64,000 nt of DNA, taken from positions 1,920,001-1,984,000 of the forward strand of contig OY762069.1 of the NCBI GenBank assembly GCA_963665095.1, written 5' to 3'. Source of the DNA: an uncultured Desulfobacter sp. GTDB taxonomy: Bacteria; Desulfobacterota; Desulfobacteria; Desulfobacterales; Desulfobacteraceae. Positions 1-10,266 of the stretch are shown here, in pieces. The notes beneath the pieces are model-generated. The model made no database searches and was not told the origin of the DNA. It saw only the letters and a list, made by a program, of their open reading frames with translations. Every line of letters starts with the position of its first letter. Within the stretch, counting starts at the first letter, position 1. Both the position numbers and the translations under genes were made by a program.

Positions 1-32
1 TATCATGCGATGGTCAAAGGAGCAACCTTGAG

Positions 33-61
33 TTGACAGCTCGACCGCCGTTCGGTATAAC
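33..61 (+). promoter_or_regulatory. sigma70-type promoter for the dehydratase operon
   Basis: TTGACA-N17-TATAAC, near-perfect consensus, ~165 nt upstream of the first CDS. Confidence 0.65.
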
Positions 62-224
62 GACTCAAAGGCATTGAAGCATGACTTATGCCCTGTCCAT
101 TTACTAAAACAGGCTGAAAAAACAAGCAGTGAGAAAATATTTGAGCTAAAAATATGAAAAGCCCGGGAACTGCCACTCCGGTCCTTTTGGCATAAGCGAC
201 TAACACCCTGCACAGGACCCAAGC

Positions 225-1361
225 ATGAAAGGACAAAAGACATCCATGATTAAAGAGTTAATTCCGTTCCATTCGGCAGTAAGTGATCCTGCTGGCGCAG
301 CCCGGACAGCCCGGAAAAACAAGCGTCCGGTCATCGGCTATCTGTGTTCCTATGCACCTGAAGAACTGATTTATGCGGCCGGGGCTCACCCCATGCGTCT
401 TTTTCCGCCCCGGACACAGGTGAACCTGGCCCAGAATCATCTGCAGGCCTATTGCTGTTCCTTGGCCCGGGGCATTCTTGAAGACGCACTCCTGGGCAGC
501 CTTGATTATCTTGACGGGACAGTGTTTCCCCACACCTGCGACACAATTCAGCGTCTCTCCGATATCTGGCGTTTGAATATCTCAAAACCCTTTTTTGCAG
601 ATATCACCATGCCAGTAAATCTGACCACCTCATCTGCCCTGGAGTACATGGAAGATGTATTTAACACCTTTACATCTGAGCTTGGCGCATTTACAGGCTG
701 CAAAGTGACACCAGACACCCTTGGGGAATCCATTGACCTTTTCAACAGGATTCATGCCAGTCTTCACCGTATTTACCTGGCCGCATCCAGCCACCATGAC
801 CTGATTAAAGGACAGGACCTTTTGACCGTCACAAAGGCAGCAATGATTATGGACCGAAACATTCTTGACACGAGCCTGTCTGACCTTGCAGTCGCACTGG
901 AGTCAGCGCCGGTCAATAACAAACCGGTTAAACGGGTCATCATCTCCGGTTCTTTTTGCGACACCCCGGAACTATACACATTGATAGAAGAAGCGAAAGG
1001 AATGGTAGCCGGTGATGACCTTTGCTCAGGAATGCGCTGGTTCAACGGACAGATTCAAACAGACATGCCACCCATGAAAGCCCTTGCACAAAGATATACC
1101 CAAAGACTTATATGCCCGGCCAAACACAGCGGCATAACAGCCAGAGCAGACGCGTTAGTCGATCTTGCTGAATCCGCCAATGCCCAGGGGGTGATCTTTA
1201 CCATTCTAAAATTTTGTGACCCACACGCCTTTGACTATCCATATCTTAAATCTGCCCTGGACCAGGCGCAGATTCCCAGCCTGCTCCTTGAACTGGACAC
1301 AGAAAAAGCAAGCCTTGGTCAGCTTAGCACCCGCATTGAAACATTTATTCAAATGATTTAA
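225..1361 (+). CDS. 2-hydroxyacyl-CoA dehydratase / benzoyl-CoA reductase subunit (HGD-D family, beta/BcrC-like); start may be 246
   Basis: GYLCSYAPEELIYAAG, HTCD, KFCDPH and C-terminal QLSTRIETF motifs typical of HgdB/BcrC. Confidence 0.88.
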   Translation: MKGQKTSMIKELIPFHSAVSDPAGAARTARKNKRPVIGYLCSYAPEELIYAAGAHPMRLFPPRTQVNLAQNHLQAYCCSLARGILEDALLGSLDYLDGTVFPHTCDTIQRLSDIWRLNISKPFFADITMPVNLTTSSALEYMEDVFNTFTSELGAFTGCKVTPDTLGESIDLFNRIHASLHRIYLAASSHHDLIKGQDLLTVTKAAMIMDRNILDTSLSDLAVALESAPVNNKPVKRVIISGSFCDTPELYTLIEEAKGMVAGDDLCSGMRWFNGQIQTDMPPMKALAQRYTQRLICPAKHSGITARADALVDLAESANAQGVIFTILKFCDPHAFDYPYLKSALDQAQIPSLLLELDTEKASLGQLSTRIETFIQMI

Positions 1362-1413
1362 CGGTCTTAATTTTATTATATGATCGTTTAATTTTATGAT
1401 CAGGAGAGCATCA

Positions 1414-2637
1414 ATGACACAACCCAAACCGCCTAAAATTGAATCAGCAAAAAAAATGCGGCAGATCATGACCGACTATTACATGGGAGCACTCACGGCC
1501 CGGGAAAATAATAAAAAAGTGGCATGGATCACCTCAGGCGGCCCGGTGGAGCCGTTAATTGCCATGGATATCATTCCGGTATACCCGGAAAACCACGGGG
1601 CCATGATCGGCGCTGCAAAAATGGGAGAAGCGCTTTGCATCAAGGCTGAAGAGTTAGGTTACAGTGCGGATCTGTGTTCCTACGCCAGATCCGACATCGG
1701 CTGCGCCATTGCCGGCGGCGGTCCCATTGGCGGGCTTCCCAAACCAGATATGCTGGTCTGCTGTAACAATATCTGCGGCACAGTGGTCAAGTGGTATGAA
1801 ATACAGGCAAGACACTTCAATGTGCCGCTGTTTATCCTGGACACGCCCATCTGTCACACCGGATATACGCCGGCCATTGCCGCTTATGTGAAAAAACAGA
1901 TCGCTGAATATGTTACATTCTTAGAAAATGCCACCGGGAAAACATTTGACCGTGACCGGATGAAACAGGTGGGAATTTTATCCATGGAGGGTCAGAAGCT
2001 GTGGCAGAAGGTATTAAATACCGCCGCCAGCAAACCCGCACCCATGAGTGCCTTTGATGCATTCTTCTTTCTGGCACTCATTGTTACCCTGCGCGGCACC
2101 CAGACAGCCGTAGATTTTTACAGGGAGCTGGTAGTGGAGATGGAAAACCGGGTGACCCAGGGCATCGGCATAGTTCCAGGAGAACGGTACCGTCTTTTGT
2201 GGGATAATCTGCCAGTGTGGTATCACTTAAAATGGCTCTCCACCACATTCTCAGACCATAAAGCCTGTCTTGTGGCCGACACCTACACCTCGGCCTGGTG
2301 TTCAGCGCTTCAATATGTGGATCCGGATAATTTTCTGAATTCCATGGCTGAAGCCTACACCCGGATCTACCTGAATATCGGCATTGACGCCATGGCGGAC
2401 CAGGTACTTGAGATGATCTCATTTTACGATGTTGACGGATTTGTCATGCACTCTAACAGGTCCTGCAAGCCTTACTCCTTTGGACAGATGGACATCATGA
2501 GACAGGTCAGGGAGAAAACCGGACTGCCCGTACTGATGATTGAAGCAGACATGGTAGACCCCAGAAGCTTTTCTGAATCCCAGATCAGAACAAGAATCGA
2601 CGCATTTATGGAAATAATTCAACAGCGGGTATCCTAA
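1414..2637 (+). CDS. 2-hydroxyacyl-CoA dehydratase / benzoyl-CoA reductase subunit (alpha/BcrB-like)
   Basis: YPENH, DLCSY, GGLPKPD..CCNNIC, RSCKP and TRIDAFME motifs; AGGAG RBS before ATG 1414. Confidence 0.88.
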   Translation: MTQPKPPKIESAKKMRQIMTDYYMGALTARENNKKVAWITSGGPVEPLIAMDIIPVYPENHGAMIGAAKMGEALCIKAEELGYSADLCSYARSDIGCAIAGGGPIGGLPKPDMLVCCNNICGTVVKWYEIQARHFNVPLFILDTPICHTGYTPAIAAYVKKQIAEYVTFLENATGKTFDRDRMKQVGILSMEGQKLWQKVLNTAASKPAPMSAFDAFFFLALIVTLRGTQTAVDFYRELVVEMENRVTQGIGIVPGERYRLLWDNLPVWYHLKWLSTTFSDHKACLVADTYTSAWCSALQYVDPDNFLNSMAEAYTRIYLNIGIDAMADQVLEMISFYDVDGFVMHSNRSCKPYSFGQMDIMRQVREKTGLPVLMIEADMVDPRSFSESQIRTRIDAFMEIIQQRVS

Positions 2638-2726
2638 GCTTTGGATTTCGCCAGACAGCTGGTTAAAATTTGATAACGGCCAAAAGGCATGCCCCCCTAA
2701 ATGCATAACAATGAAAGGACCCATCC

Positions 2727-3515
2727 ATGATTTTTGCCGGTATTGACATTGGTTCACTGACTGCCAAGGCCGCCCTGATCGAAAAAAATGAACAAACCGG
2801 AAAACTGATTCTGGCAGGAACAGCTGTCATGCGCGCCGGATACGACCCTTCCCGGGCCGGACAAAAAGTTCTGGCGGCGGCGTTGGATCAGGCAGGTAAA
2901 ACCCGTTCGCAGGTAAAGGAAATTGTGGCCACAGGCTACGGCAGGAATGCGGTTGAAGGCGCTGGAAAAACCAAGACTGAAATTATCTGCCATGGGGCCG
3001 GGGCCCATTTTTTTAACCCGGAAATCAGAGGCGTTATTGATGTAGGCGGACAGGACTGCAAAGCCATCCGGCTAAATGACCGGGGCCATGTGGACGATTT
3101 TGCCATGAATGATAAATGTGCCGCCGGTACGGGCCGTTTTTTTGAAGTCATGGCAAACACCTTGGAACTGGATATTGACCAGCTCGGACCATTGGGGCTT
3201 ACAGCGGACCATCCTGCCAAAATATCTTCCATCTGTACAGTATTTGCCGAATCTGAAGTTATCTCCCTGATCGCCGCAAGGCAACCCCGGGCCAGCATTG
3301 TTGCCGGGATTTTAGAGGCTGCGGCGGTACGGGTTGCAGGTCTTGCCTCCCGGGCCAACCTGAAACCGCCGGTAGTGATGACGGGGGGGGCGGCAAAAAA
3401 TACCGGCCTGGTAAAAGCCCTTGAGACACGCCTTGGATACCACATCCTGGTTGACAAATTTCCCCAGGAAAACGGTGCTGTGGGCGCAGCCGTACTTGCA
3501 GCCAACAGTAATTAA
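2727..3515 (+). CDS. acyl-CoA dehydratase activase (HgdC/BadF-like ASKHA ATPase with 4Fe-4S)
   Basis: GIDIGSLTAK, ATGYGR, EIICH, DVGGQD, MNDKCAAGTGRF, SICTVFAESEVIS. Confidence 0.92.
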   Translation: MIFAGIDIGSLTAKAALIEKNEQTGKLILAGTAVMRAGYDPSRAGQKVLAAALDQAGKTRSQVKEIVATGYGRNAVEGAGKTKTEIICHGAGAHFFNPEIRGVIDVGGQDCKAIRLNDRGHVDDFAMNDKCAAGTGRFFEVMANTLELDIDQLGPLGLTADHPAKISSICTVFAESEVISLIAARQPRASIVAGILEAAAVRVAGLASRANLKPPVVMTGGAAKNTGLVKALETRLGYHILVDKFPQENGAVGAAVLAANSN

Positions 3516-3600
3516 AATCCTGTGCAATTTGACAAAACATCCCACTTGTGTATTGAATTTACAAATATAGATGTAAAAAACGTTTACACAACCTTAAGGG

Positions 3601-6015
3601 GTGCAAAGCCAAATGACTGACAAACTAAATTTGCCTTCCAAATCAGATATCAAAACCGTTCTATCCCAGGACCTGGACACCCTGCCAAGCTTCCCCCAGG
3701 TAGCAGCAAAGCTTTTAGAGGTGTCCAGGAATGACACGGCCAGCCTTGAAGAGATTGCAAAAATCGTGGAAACAGACCCCGGCATCTCTGTAAAGGTTCT
3801 GGAACTTGTCAACTCCGCATATTACGGTTTGAGCCGGAAGGTTACCACCCTGTCAGATGCGGTTGTTATGCTGGGGCTGGATGAAATAAAAAAAATGGCC
3901 ATGAATATGGCGGTTTTTGAAAATCTTTTCAAAGAGGGACAAACCAATGAATTCAACCGGCTGATATTCTGGCGGCACAGCCTGGCCGTGGCAGTGTTAA
4001 GTATGAAAATTGCCCAGAGAATTGAATATCCAAGCCCGGAAGAGGCTTACACAGCAGGATTGCTTCATGATGTGGGTAAAGTATTTCTGGACCTGTTGGG
4101 TCGCAAAGATTATGGGGAGTTCATCCGCCATCTTAGTGAGTCCACAGATCTGGTTATTGAAAAAGAACGATTGGAATTAGGATTGGGCCATGACGATATC
4201 GGCGCATTTTTCTGCACCCAGTGGCAACTGCCGGACAGCCTGGTGCTGGCCGTCAAATATCACCACCAGCCCTTTGAACATCAGGATCTGACCAACCAGG
4301 AAAAACAGCTTATCTCCATTGTTTCCATGGCGGATTTCCTGTGCTGGACCCAGGGTATGGGGTCCTTTGATTTTATCCGGCCGCCCATCCTCTCTCCGGA
4401 GGTTGAAGTATGTATTGATCCTGAAAAAATAGATATCATCAACTGCATTTTAGATACAAACAAGGAAATAGAGCAAATTTCCGCCTTTTACCATTTTGTG
4501 TTTCCCAGCGTCACCCAGCTTAAGGAAAACCTTTTGTGGGCCAATATCAAACTGTCCCGGGCCAATACAAAGTATTATTTCCAGGGGGATCCCACAAGCC
4601 GCCACACGTCTGAAGTTACGGAACCGGATAATATTCTGCCGCCGGACGTGGGATTTGAGATGGGGAAATCCCTGTCCAAGGCCAAAACCGTCAAAGAGGT
4701 GCTGGACATTGTGATGTATCAGGTCGGGTGCATTTTTCAGCCCTGCCACTGGTCCATCCTGCTCAAAGATCCTAAAACAGGAGATATGGTCTTCTCCGTG
4801 GTGGTGGGCACAAACAGCAAGCGTCTGCAAGGGGTACGACTGCCAAAAGGAGAAGGCATCGCAGGTTTTGTCATGGAAACCGGTCAACCCATGGTGGTGG
4901 ACGACGTCACAACAGACAGCCGGTTCAGTGCCAGGGTGGATAAATATACCCGGTTCAATACCCGCTCTATTATTGCCACCCCGCTTAAAACAGACGACAA
5001 AATTTTCGGTGTCATTGAACTGGTCAACCGGGTTAACGAAGAATCATTCAGTGAAAAGGACCTGACCCTGCTCTCCTCAATATCCGAGTATGCCGCCATT
5101 GCCATTGAACGGTCTTATTATAATCAGGCCTTAACCAACCTGGCCACCCGGGACAACCTCACCGGATTGAGAAACCGGTTCAGTTTTGAACGCAGTGTCT
5201 CCAACCCGGATGAGTTTCAGATGCGTTTCGGCCGGGTTTTTTCCATCCTCATTCTCATAGTGGAGGGGCTTTCCAGGCAGTATGAGGCATTTGGTCAGGA
5301 AGCGTGCGATAACGCAGTCAAACATCTTTCTGCCATATTAAATAAAACCAAACGGCGGGAGGATATTATATTCAGATATGGGGATAACAGCTTTATTGCA
5401 CTTTTACCGCTGACCTATTCAGACGGGGCGGTAAAAGCCAGGGAAAGAATTGAGAAAGCACTGACCCAGACTCCGGATGAGCACAAAGATATTTTTTCAC
5501 CCATTACCATTCAGACCCATACCATGGCGGCCGAAGATGCAAGCCAGCTGAAAAGACTGGTTGCAAAAGCTCTGTCTAAAACCAGGACGTCTGATCACGA
5601 TATGGAAATCGGCGATATGCAGGAGCATATCCAGGGTATGGTAGAAAAACAGACTGAAGAAAGATACAAGTCAGAGCTTCAGGGGGGATCCCAGGGAAAA
5701 GCCGGTGCAGATGCCACCAACAATTTTGGAAAGCCTGTTTCTTTGCAGGGAAAATTTAAACGCCTTAAAACCGGCGAATTCGGCCGGCTCCGTGTGGAGC
5801 AGGTATCCCTGTCAGCCGTGGGGTTCAGAATATCAAAATCCCATCGCATCCATGTCAATGACTTCCTGGATATTGAATTCAATCTGGATGACATTAAACG
5901 GGCTTTGGTCAAACGACGGGTCGTTGTCAGGGAAATTCAGGGCAATTACATTTACGGCGAGTTTTACAATCCACCGCCCTATGCCAAAAACTTAGGATTT
6001 TATATCTTCAGCTGA
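3601..6015 (+). CDS. HDOD-GAF-degenerate GGDEF-PilZ-like signalling protein (start may be 3613)
   Basis: HDOD (DP..VLELVNSAYYG, HS, GLLHDVGK, YHH); GAF (GEGIAGFV, IFGVIELVN); D-LTGL-NR start of GGDEF with RYGDNSF; C-terminal PilZ-like beta domain. Confidence 0.8.
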   Translation: MQSQMTDKLNLPSKSDIKTVLSQDLDTLPSFPQVAAKLLEVSRNDTASLEEIAKIVETDPGISVKVLELVNSAYYGLSRKVTTLSDAVVMLGLDEIKKMAMNMAVFENLFKEGQTNEFNRLIFWRHSLAVAVLSMKIAQRIEYPSPEEAYTAGLLHDVGKVFLDLLGRKDYGEFIRHLSESTDLVIEKERLELGLGHDDIGAFFCTQWQLPDSLVLAVKYHHQPFEHQDLTNQEKQLISIVSMADFLCWTQGMGSFDFIRPPILSPEVEVCIDPEKIDIINCILDTNKEIEQISAFYHFVFPSVTQLKENLLWANIKLSRANTKYYFQGDPTSRHTSEVTEPDNILPPDVGFEMGKSLSKAKTVKEVLDIVMYQVGCIFQPCHWSILLKDPKTGDMVFSVVVGTNSKRLQGVRLPKGEGIAGFVMETGQPMVVDDVTTDSRFSARVDKYTRFNTRSIIATPLKTDDKIFGVIELVNRVNEESFSEKDLTLLSSISEYAAIAIERSYYNQALTNLATRDNLTGLRNRFSFERSVSNPDEFQMRFGRVFSILILIVEGLSRQYEAFGQEACDNAVKHLSAILNKTKRREDIIFRYGDNSFIALLPLTYSDGAVKARERIEKALTQTPDEHKDIFSPITIQTHTMAAEDASQLKRLVAKALSKTRTSDHDMEIGDMQEHIQGMVEKQTEERYKSELQGGSQGKAGADATNNFGKPVSLQGKFKRLKTGEFGRLRVEQVSLSAVGFRISKSHRIHVNDFLDIEFNLDDIKRALVKRRVVVREIQGNYIYGEFYNPPPYAKNLGFYIFS

Positions 6016-6086
6016 TCAATTTTGATTTGGGCTTTAAGCCTAGTGCGTCAACTGCAAACCAGTCTGAAAAAAACAAAGGAAACCCA

Positions 6087-6923
6087 ATGGCGTCTGAACA
6101 GGCAATGTTTAAAGGACCGGATGATACCGATATCTTCTACCAGTGCTGGCTGCCCGAAATACCGGCAAAGGCCGCTTTAATTATTGTACATGGTCTAGGA
6201 GAACATAGCGGCCGGTACATGAACCTTGTCAACCATTTTGAACCCTTGGGCTTTGCCATATATGGGCTGGATCATTACGGGCATGGCAAATCAGGGGGAC
6301 AACACCTTTTTATTCCTGATTTTGACATATATACCGATACCCTTGATCTATTTGTGCAGAAAGTGCGGGCGTGGGAAAAGGGGGTGCCGATTTTCCTTGT
6401 CGGTCACAGTATGGGCGGATTAATTACGGCTGTTTATTTGTTAGATCATTCCCAGGGCATTGCCGGGGCTGTTCTTTCAGGACCGGCAGTAAAAATTCCA
6501 GGCCATGTCAATACATTTACACGTGTGGCCGCCAGAATATTATCCAGGGTTGCACCGAGAACTGGCATTACAGCCCTTGAGGCCAGCCATATAAGCCGGG
6601 ACCCTGAAGTTGTAACCGCCTATCTTAATGATCCTTTGGTATCTGCTGACAAGGTAACGGCCCGATTAGGAAACGAGATGCTTGAGGCCATTGAACGGCT
6701 TACCCGCCTGAGAAAACAAATCAGCCTTCCTTTGCTGATTATGCACGGAAGTTCCGATCTCCTTGCTGACATTGGCGGCAGCAGAGAACTCTTCAACGAG
6801 ATTTCATCAGAAGATAAAACATTAATTGAGTGCCCTGACAGATATCATGAAATATTCAATGATCCTGGATATGAAGAGGTATTTTGCGATATGGCAGCGT
6901 GGCTAACGAAGCGAATTGATTAA
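6087..6923 (+). CDS. alpha/beta hydrolase, lysophospholipase/monoacylglycerol lipase family
   Basis: HGLGEHSGRY, GHGKSGG, GHSMGG nucleophile elbow, HEIFND; AGGA RBS. Confidence 0.9.
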   Translation: MASEQAMFKGPDDTDIFYQCWLPEIPAKAALIIVHGLGEHSGRYMNLVNHFEPLGFAIYGLDHYGHGKSGGQHLFIPDFDIYTDTLDLFVQKVRAWEKGVPIFLVGHSMGGLITAVYLLDHSQGIAGAVLSGPAVKIPGHVNTFTRVAARILSRVAPRTGITALEASHISRDPEVVTAYLNDPLVSADKVTARLGNEMLEAIERLTRLRKQISLPLLIMHGSSDLLADIGGSRELFNEISSEDKTLIECPDRYHEIFNDPGYEEVFCDMAAWLTKRID

Positions 6924-6968
6924 AACTCTCTTTCTACCTGAAAAAATAACACCGCCACATATCCCGAC

Positions 6969-7014
6969 TTAGGGTTCACTCAAAATTGGTAATTTATTTT
7001 TGAGTGAACCCTTA
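6969..7014. repeat. 40-bp palindromic mini-element / bidirectional hairpin between convergent genes
   Basis: 14-bp perfect inverted repeat GGGTTCACTCAAAA (6972-6985 / 6998-7011) flanked by TTA on both sides. Confidence 0.6.
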
Positions 7015-7053
7015 GACATTGCAAAAAGATCTTTTGAAAACCACTGATTCTGA

Positions 7054-7782
7054 TCAGTTTCTCAAATCAATACCATCCAGACCATTTTTTCTTTGTTTCC
7101 AGTCAGGCAGATGGGTGCCTACAATTTTATAAAACCGCTGATTGTGGCCCGGTTCCAGCAGATGAGCCAGCTCATGGACCAGTACATACTCCAGCAATCC
7201 CACGGGAAGGTGAACAAGTACTGTATTAATCCATATCCGTTTGGCAGAAATATTACATGAGCCCCATCTTGTTTTCATCTTTTTTACTCTGAACTCAGAC
7301 ACCGCCACCCCCATGGCAGGCACCCATTTCTCCATGAGTGCGGCAATGCAAGTCCTTAAGCGGCTGCGCAACCATTGCTCCAGGACGCCCTGCTTCTTGC
7401 TGGGACCAAAGGTTTCCGGCGTCTTGACAATGATACCGGATTCAGCATCCAGATACACCTTTGGCCGCCCTGCCCCGGTCTGGTAGGCAACAGGTTGGAC
7501 CTGCCCCCATACAGTGCACGAGACATCGTCCCAAATGGCTGACAATGGCCGAAAATTGATGGGCGTTTTTTCAGGTTCAGCCATTTTTTTAAGCAACCAC
7601 TTGGATTTGGCGTGAACCGCACGCTGAAGGTCAACCAGAGGGATACGAGAGGGCGCAGAAATGCGTACAGTTCTATTTTCAGGATATACTCTGAAATAGA
7701 TGTGGCGGATGGGTCTGTAAACAATATCAAGGTGCCAGTTTGGAGGAAACCCTGGCACAAAGGTTGTGATATCCGGCATCAC
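7054..7782 (-). CDS. YgjP/DUF45-like M48-family metallopeptidase domain protein
   Basis: MKTRWGSC, EYVLVHELAHLLEPGH, PDWK. Confidence 0.85.
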   Translation of the reverse strand: MMPDITTFVPGFPPNWHLDIVYRPIRHIYFRVYPENRTVRISAPSRIPLVDLQRAVHAKSKWLLKKMAEPEKTPINFRPLSAIWDDVSCTVWGQVQPVAYQTGAGRPKVYLDAESGIIVKTPETFGPSKKQGVLEQWLRSRLRTCIAALMEKWVPAMGVAVSEFRVKKMKTRWGSCNISAKRIWINTVLVHLPVGLLEYVLVHELAHLLEPGHNQRFYKIVGTHLPDWKQRKNGLDGIDLRN

Positions 7783-8540
7783 TCGGCTGTTTTATGCATG
7801 GTATCAATCAGTTCGGAAATCAGTTTTCCTGAAGACGTCCGTGCCATGGGATTGACTTTTACCAGCTGCTGCCAGGCTTCAATGGCTTCGGGCACATTAT
7901 TGAGATCATGCATGAGTACAATCCCCTTGTTAAACCAGGCAGTCTCAAAATCCGGTTTGATGGCCACGGCTTTGTCAAATGCCTCCAGAGCTTTTTGGGG
8001 TTCATTGTTTCTTCTGAGCATCACCCCGAGGTCCGTGAGCACGTGTGGATTGTCCGGTTCAATGGCCAGTGATTTTTCATATGCGTGAATGGCCTGATCA
8101 AACCGGCTGATATCAAAGTAGGCATTTCCCAGACGGGTCCAGGCTTCGGCGTTATCAGGGTTTTCCTCTAAAAAATCCTGGATCTCTTTGATATGGGCAT
8201 CAGCCATGGCGTCAAAGGGGACACTGGCATTCTCTCCAGGACCTTCCTGAGGAACTGGCATCTCTTTGGGCATATCCGCCCCCGCATCCTTCATTGGCCG
8301 CATGCCCATATGGCCCTTTTCTGCAGGTCCGGCACCTGCCAGTTTAAATGAAGTGTATGCACATCCCAGCAGAAACCCCAACGTGATGGCAATCAAAATG
8401 GTAATATAGAAGGTTTGCCGGGTAATCATTTTTTCATTTTGTGTGATTTTCTGATTCATTTTTCCCTGTGACTGATGTTTAGCAGCTGTCATATTCTTAT
8501 TTAAAGTTTGATTTAAACCCATCCTGCTGGCCGTACTCAC
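7779..8540 (-). CDS. membrane-anchored tetratricopeptide repeat protein (true start may be 8492 or 8459)
   Basis: N-terminal TM helix followed by TPR units (AWTRLGNAY, VLTDLGV, AWFNKGIV). Confidence 0.8.
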   Translation of the reverse strand: MSTASRMGLNQTLNKNMTAAKHQSQGKMNQKITQNEKMITRQTFYITILIAITLGFLLGCAYTSFKLAGAGPAEKGHMGMRPMKDAGADMPKEMPVPQEGPGENASVPFDAMADAHIKEIQDFLEENPDNAEAWTRLGNAYFDISRFDQAIHAYEKSLAIEPDNPHVLTDLGVMLRRNNEPQKALEAFDKAVAIKPDFETAWFNKGIVLMHDLNNVPEAIEAWQQLVKVNPMARTSSGKLISELIDTMHKTAE

Positions 8541-10034
8541 CTACCTGAAAACTTTACGCCCCTTGAAAAAAGCATCTGCACCTTTGGTCACACTTGCAGT
8601 CTGGCCGGTTTCATCCTGCAATCTGAAATCCGCCAGCACCATACCATTAAATTTGCCCTGACTGTATACTTCAATTCTAAAAATAAACCCGTCCTGGTCA
8701 ATGGAAAAGCGCTGCATACAGTCCTTCCGGGTAACCAAAACCCCGGATTCGTTTTCGATGTTCTGCTTTGAAAATCCGATTATATTTACCCTGTGCTCTG
8801 GTATAGGATGAACCAAAAACTGCTCCTTGACGGCTACCTTGGATCCAAACGGCACAAGGCAGCGCTTCGCGTCAATCTCCATCTCAATGTGGTCCAGTCC
8901 CAGATCATACTCAAAATACTGGGGACTGAGCCGGGAAAGGCAGCGGTTCCCATGATAAAGGCTGTAACCGGTTTTGTTATGTACCAGAGTTAAAAGAGGA
9001 TTGTTCACCAGAAACTTAAGTTCGGAATTCTTCTCCATTGGCAGATAGTTTATTCGGTTACGTATATTTTCCGCAAGCAACAGCACCCTATGCTCACCCA
9101 TGCTAAGAGCGATATCCTTATCAATAGCCGTTCTGATTCCGTCTTCAGTCAAAGTAAAATCACGTTCAAATAAAATCCCTGCCCGGCTTAAAAAGGATTC
9201 AATGGCCAGAAGATGGTAATATACCCTGCCCGGGGTTAAAAAGGACTTACTGGCTTCAATCCCAAAGGCAGGTTTATTGTTTTTCATCGCAAAAAAAGTC
9301 AGAGTTTTAGCCATTTCCACATCCCCTTCCGCCGTGTGGGTATTTTTAACTCCCATCTGATGGGATGGGGCCAGAAGATGCTTGTTCACAACAGCGGCAC
9401 ATGCACTTGCTGTCCCTGAAAGGTCATGAAACAGCCCACCATTTCCTCCGGGCATGGCTGACTGATCAATGATGATGCTCTGCCCCCAGCGGTCGGGATT
9501 TCTCAGACTGTTTTCACGCACCGGCGTATAAAATCCTGACCCATCATGAAGATTTAAAATGAAATCCACTTTGGGATCTGTAATCAAGGATTTGATTTTT
9601 AGAATAATCTGACGCTCGGGGTCTGTCTGGCTCACATGGTCAAACTTGCGGTTCATATCCCCGTGGACACCCCTGGATCTTTTAATGATACTTTCAAAAT
9701 TCAGGTTTGGCACCACAATAACCTGGCCGGACAAAATTCTGTAACGGGTGGCAATGAGAGCCGCAGCATTAAACCCGCCGGGCTCATCCCCCTGAATACC
9801 CCCTACAATTAATGCCGTTCTTCCAGGTTGACCGGAATCCATAGGATGTACAGTAAAATCAGGACCGAAACGGGCGGCCAATACAATACCGGGATACCAG
9901 CAGAAAGAAATCATTGCCACTGTCATCACAGTCGCTATATGCCTGATCTGCGACTTTTTGTACAAATTTTTGAGGGGTGCGGGCAATCCGCAACGCCCAA
10001 TGGGTTTGAGTGACATGTAACTAACTAAAAACAT
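8541..10034 (-). CDS. M99-family peptidoglycan DL-carboxypeptidase, Csd4/Pgp1-like
   Basis: GGIQGDEPGG, DMNRKF, LNLHDGSGFY, WGQSIIIDQ, AFGIEASK, YYHLLAIE motifs recalled from Helicobacter Csd4; N-terminal hydrophobic segment. Confidence 0.8.
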   Translation of the reverse strand: MFLVSYMSLKPIGRCGLPAPLKNLYKKSQIRHIATVMTVAMISFCWYPGIVLAARFGPDFTVHPMDSGQPGRTALIVGGIQGDEPGGFNAAALIATRYRILSGQVIVVPNLNFESIIKRSRGVHGDMNRKFDHVSQTDPERQIILKIKSLITDPKVDFILNLHDGSGFYTPVRENSLRNPDRWGQSIIIDQSAMPGGNGGLFHDLSGTASACAAVVNKHLLAPSHQMGVKNTHTAEGDVEMAKTLTFFAMKNNKPAFGIEASKSFLTPGRVYYHLLAIESFLSRAGILFERDFTLTEDGIRTAIDKDIALSMGEHRVLLLAENIRNRINYLPMEKNSELKFLVNNPLLTLVHNKTGYSLYHGNRCLSRLSPQYFEYDLGLDHIEMEIDAKRCLVPFGSKVAVKEQFLVHPIPEHRVNIIGFSKQNIENESGVLVTRKDCMQRFSIDQDGFIFRIEVYSQGKFNGMVLADFRLQDETGQTASVTKGADAFFKGRKVFR

Positions 10035-10120
10035 TACCAGTCAGGTAATTTCCTTTTGATCCGGTTTATTTATCAGTACACATTATCAGATAGCAGACAA
10101 AATGCAAACAGTACAAAACT

Positions 10121-10175
10121 GGTAATGTGGTAAAATTTTTTACCGCATATTTAGGAATTTTTTTACCACATTACC
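10121..10175. promoter_or_regulatory. inverted-repeat enhancer-like site (candidate sigma54 activator binding site)
   Basis: perfect 15-bp IR GGTAATGTGGTAAAA (10121-10135) / TTTTACCACATTACC (10161-10175), with a third half-site TTTTACCGCAT between them. Confidence 0.6.
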
Positions 10176-10266
10176 TGCTTTTATTTTCACAAATTTTTAG
10201 ATACTTTTTTACATACTTATCATCAATAACTTCTCAACATATTGTTCACAAAGGTTTTTTCCTTTG

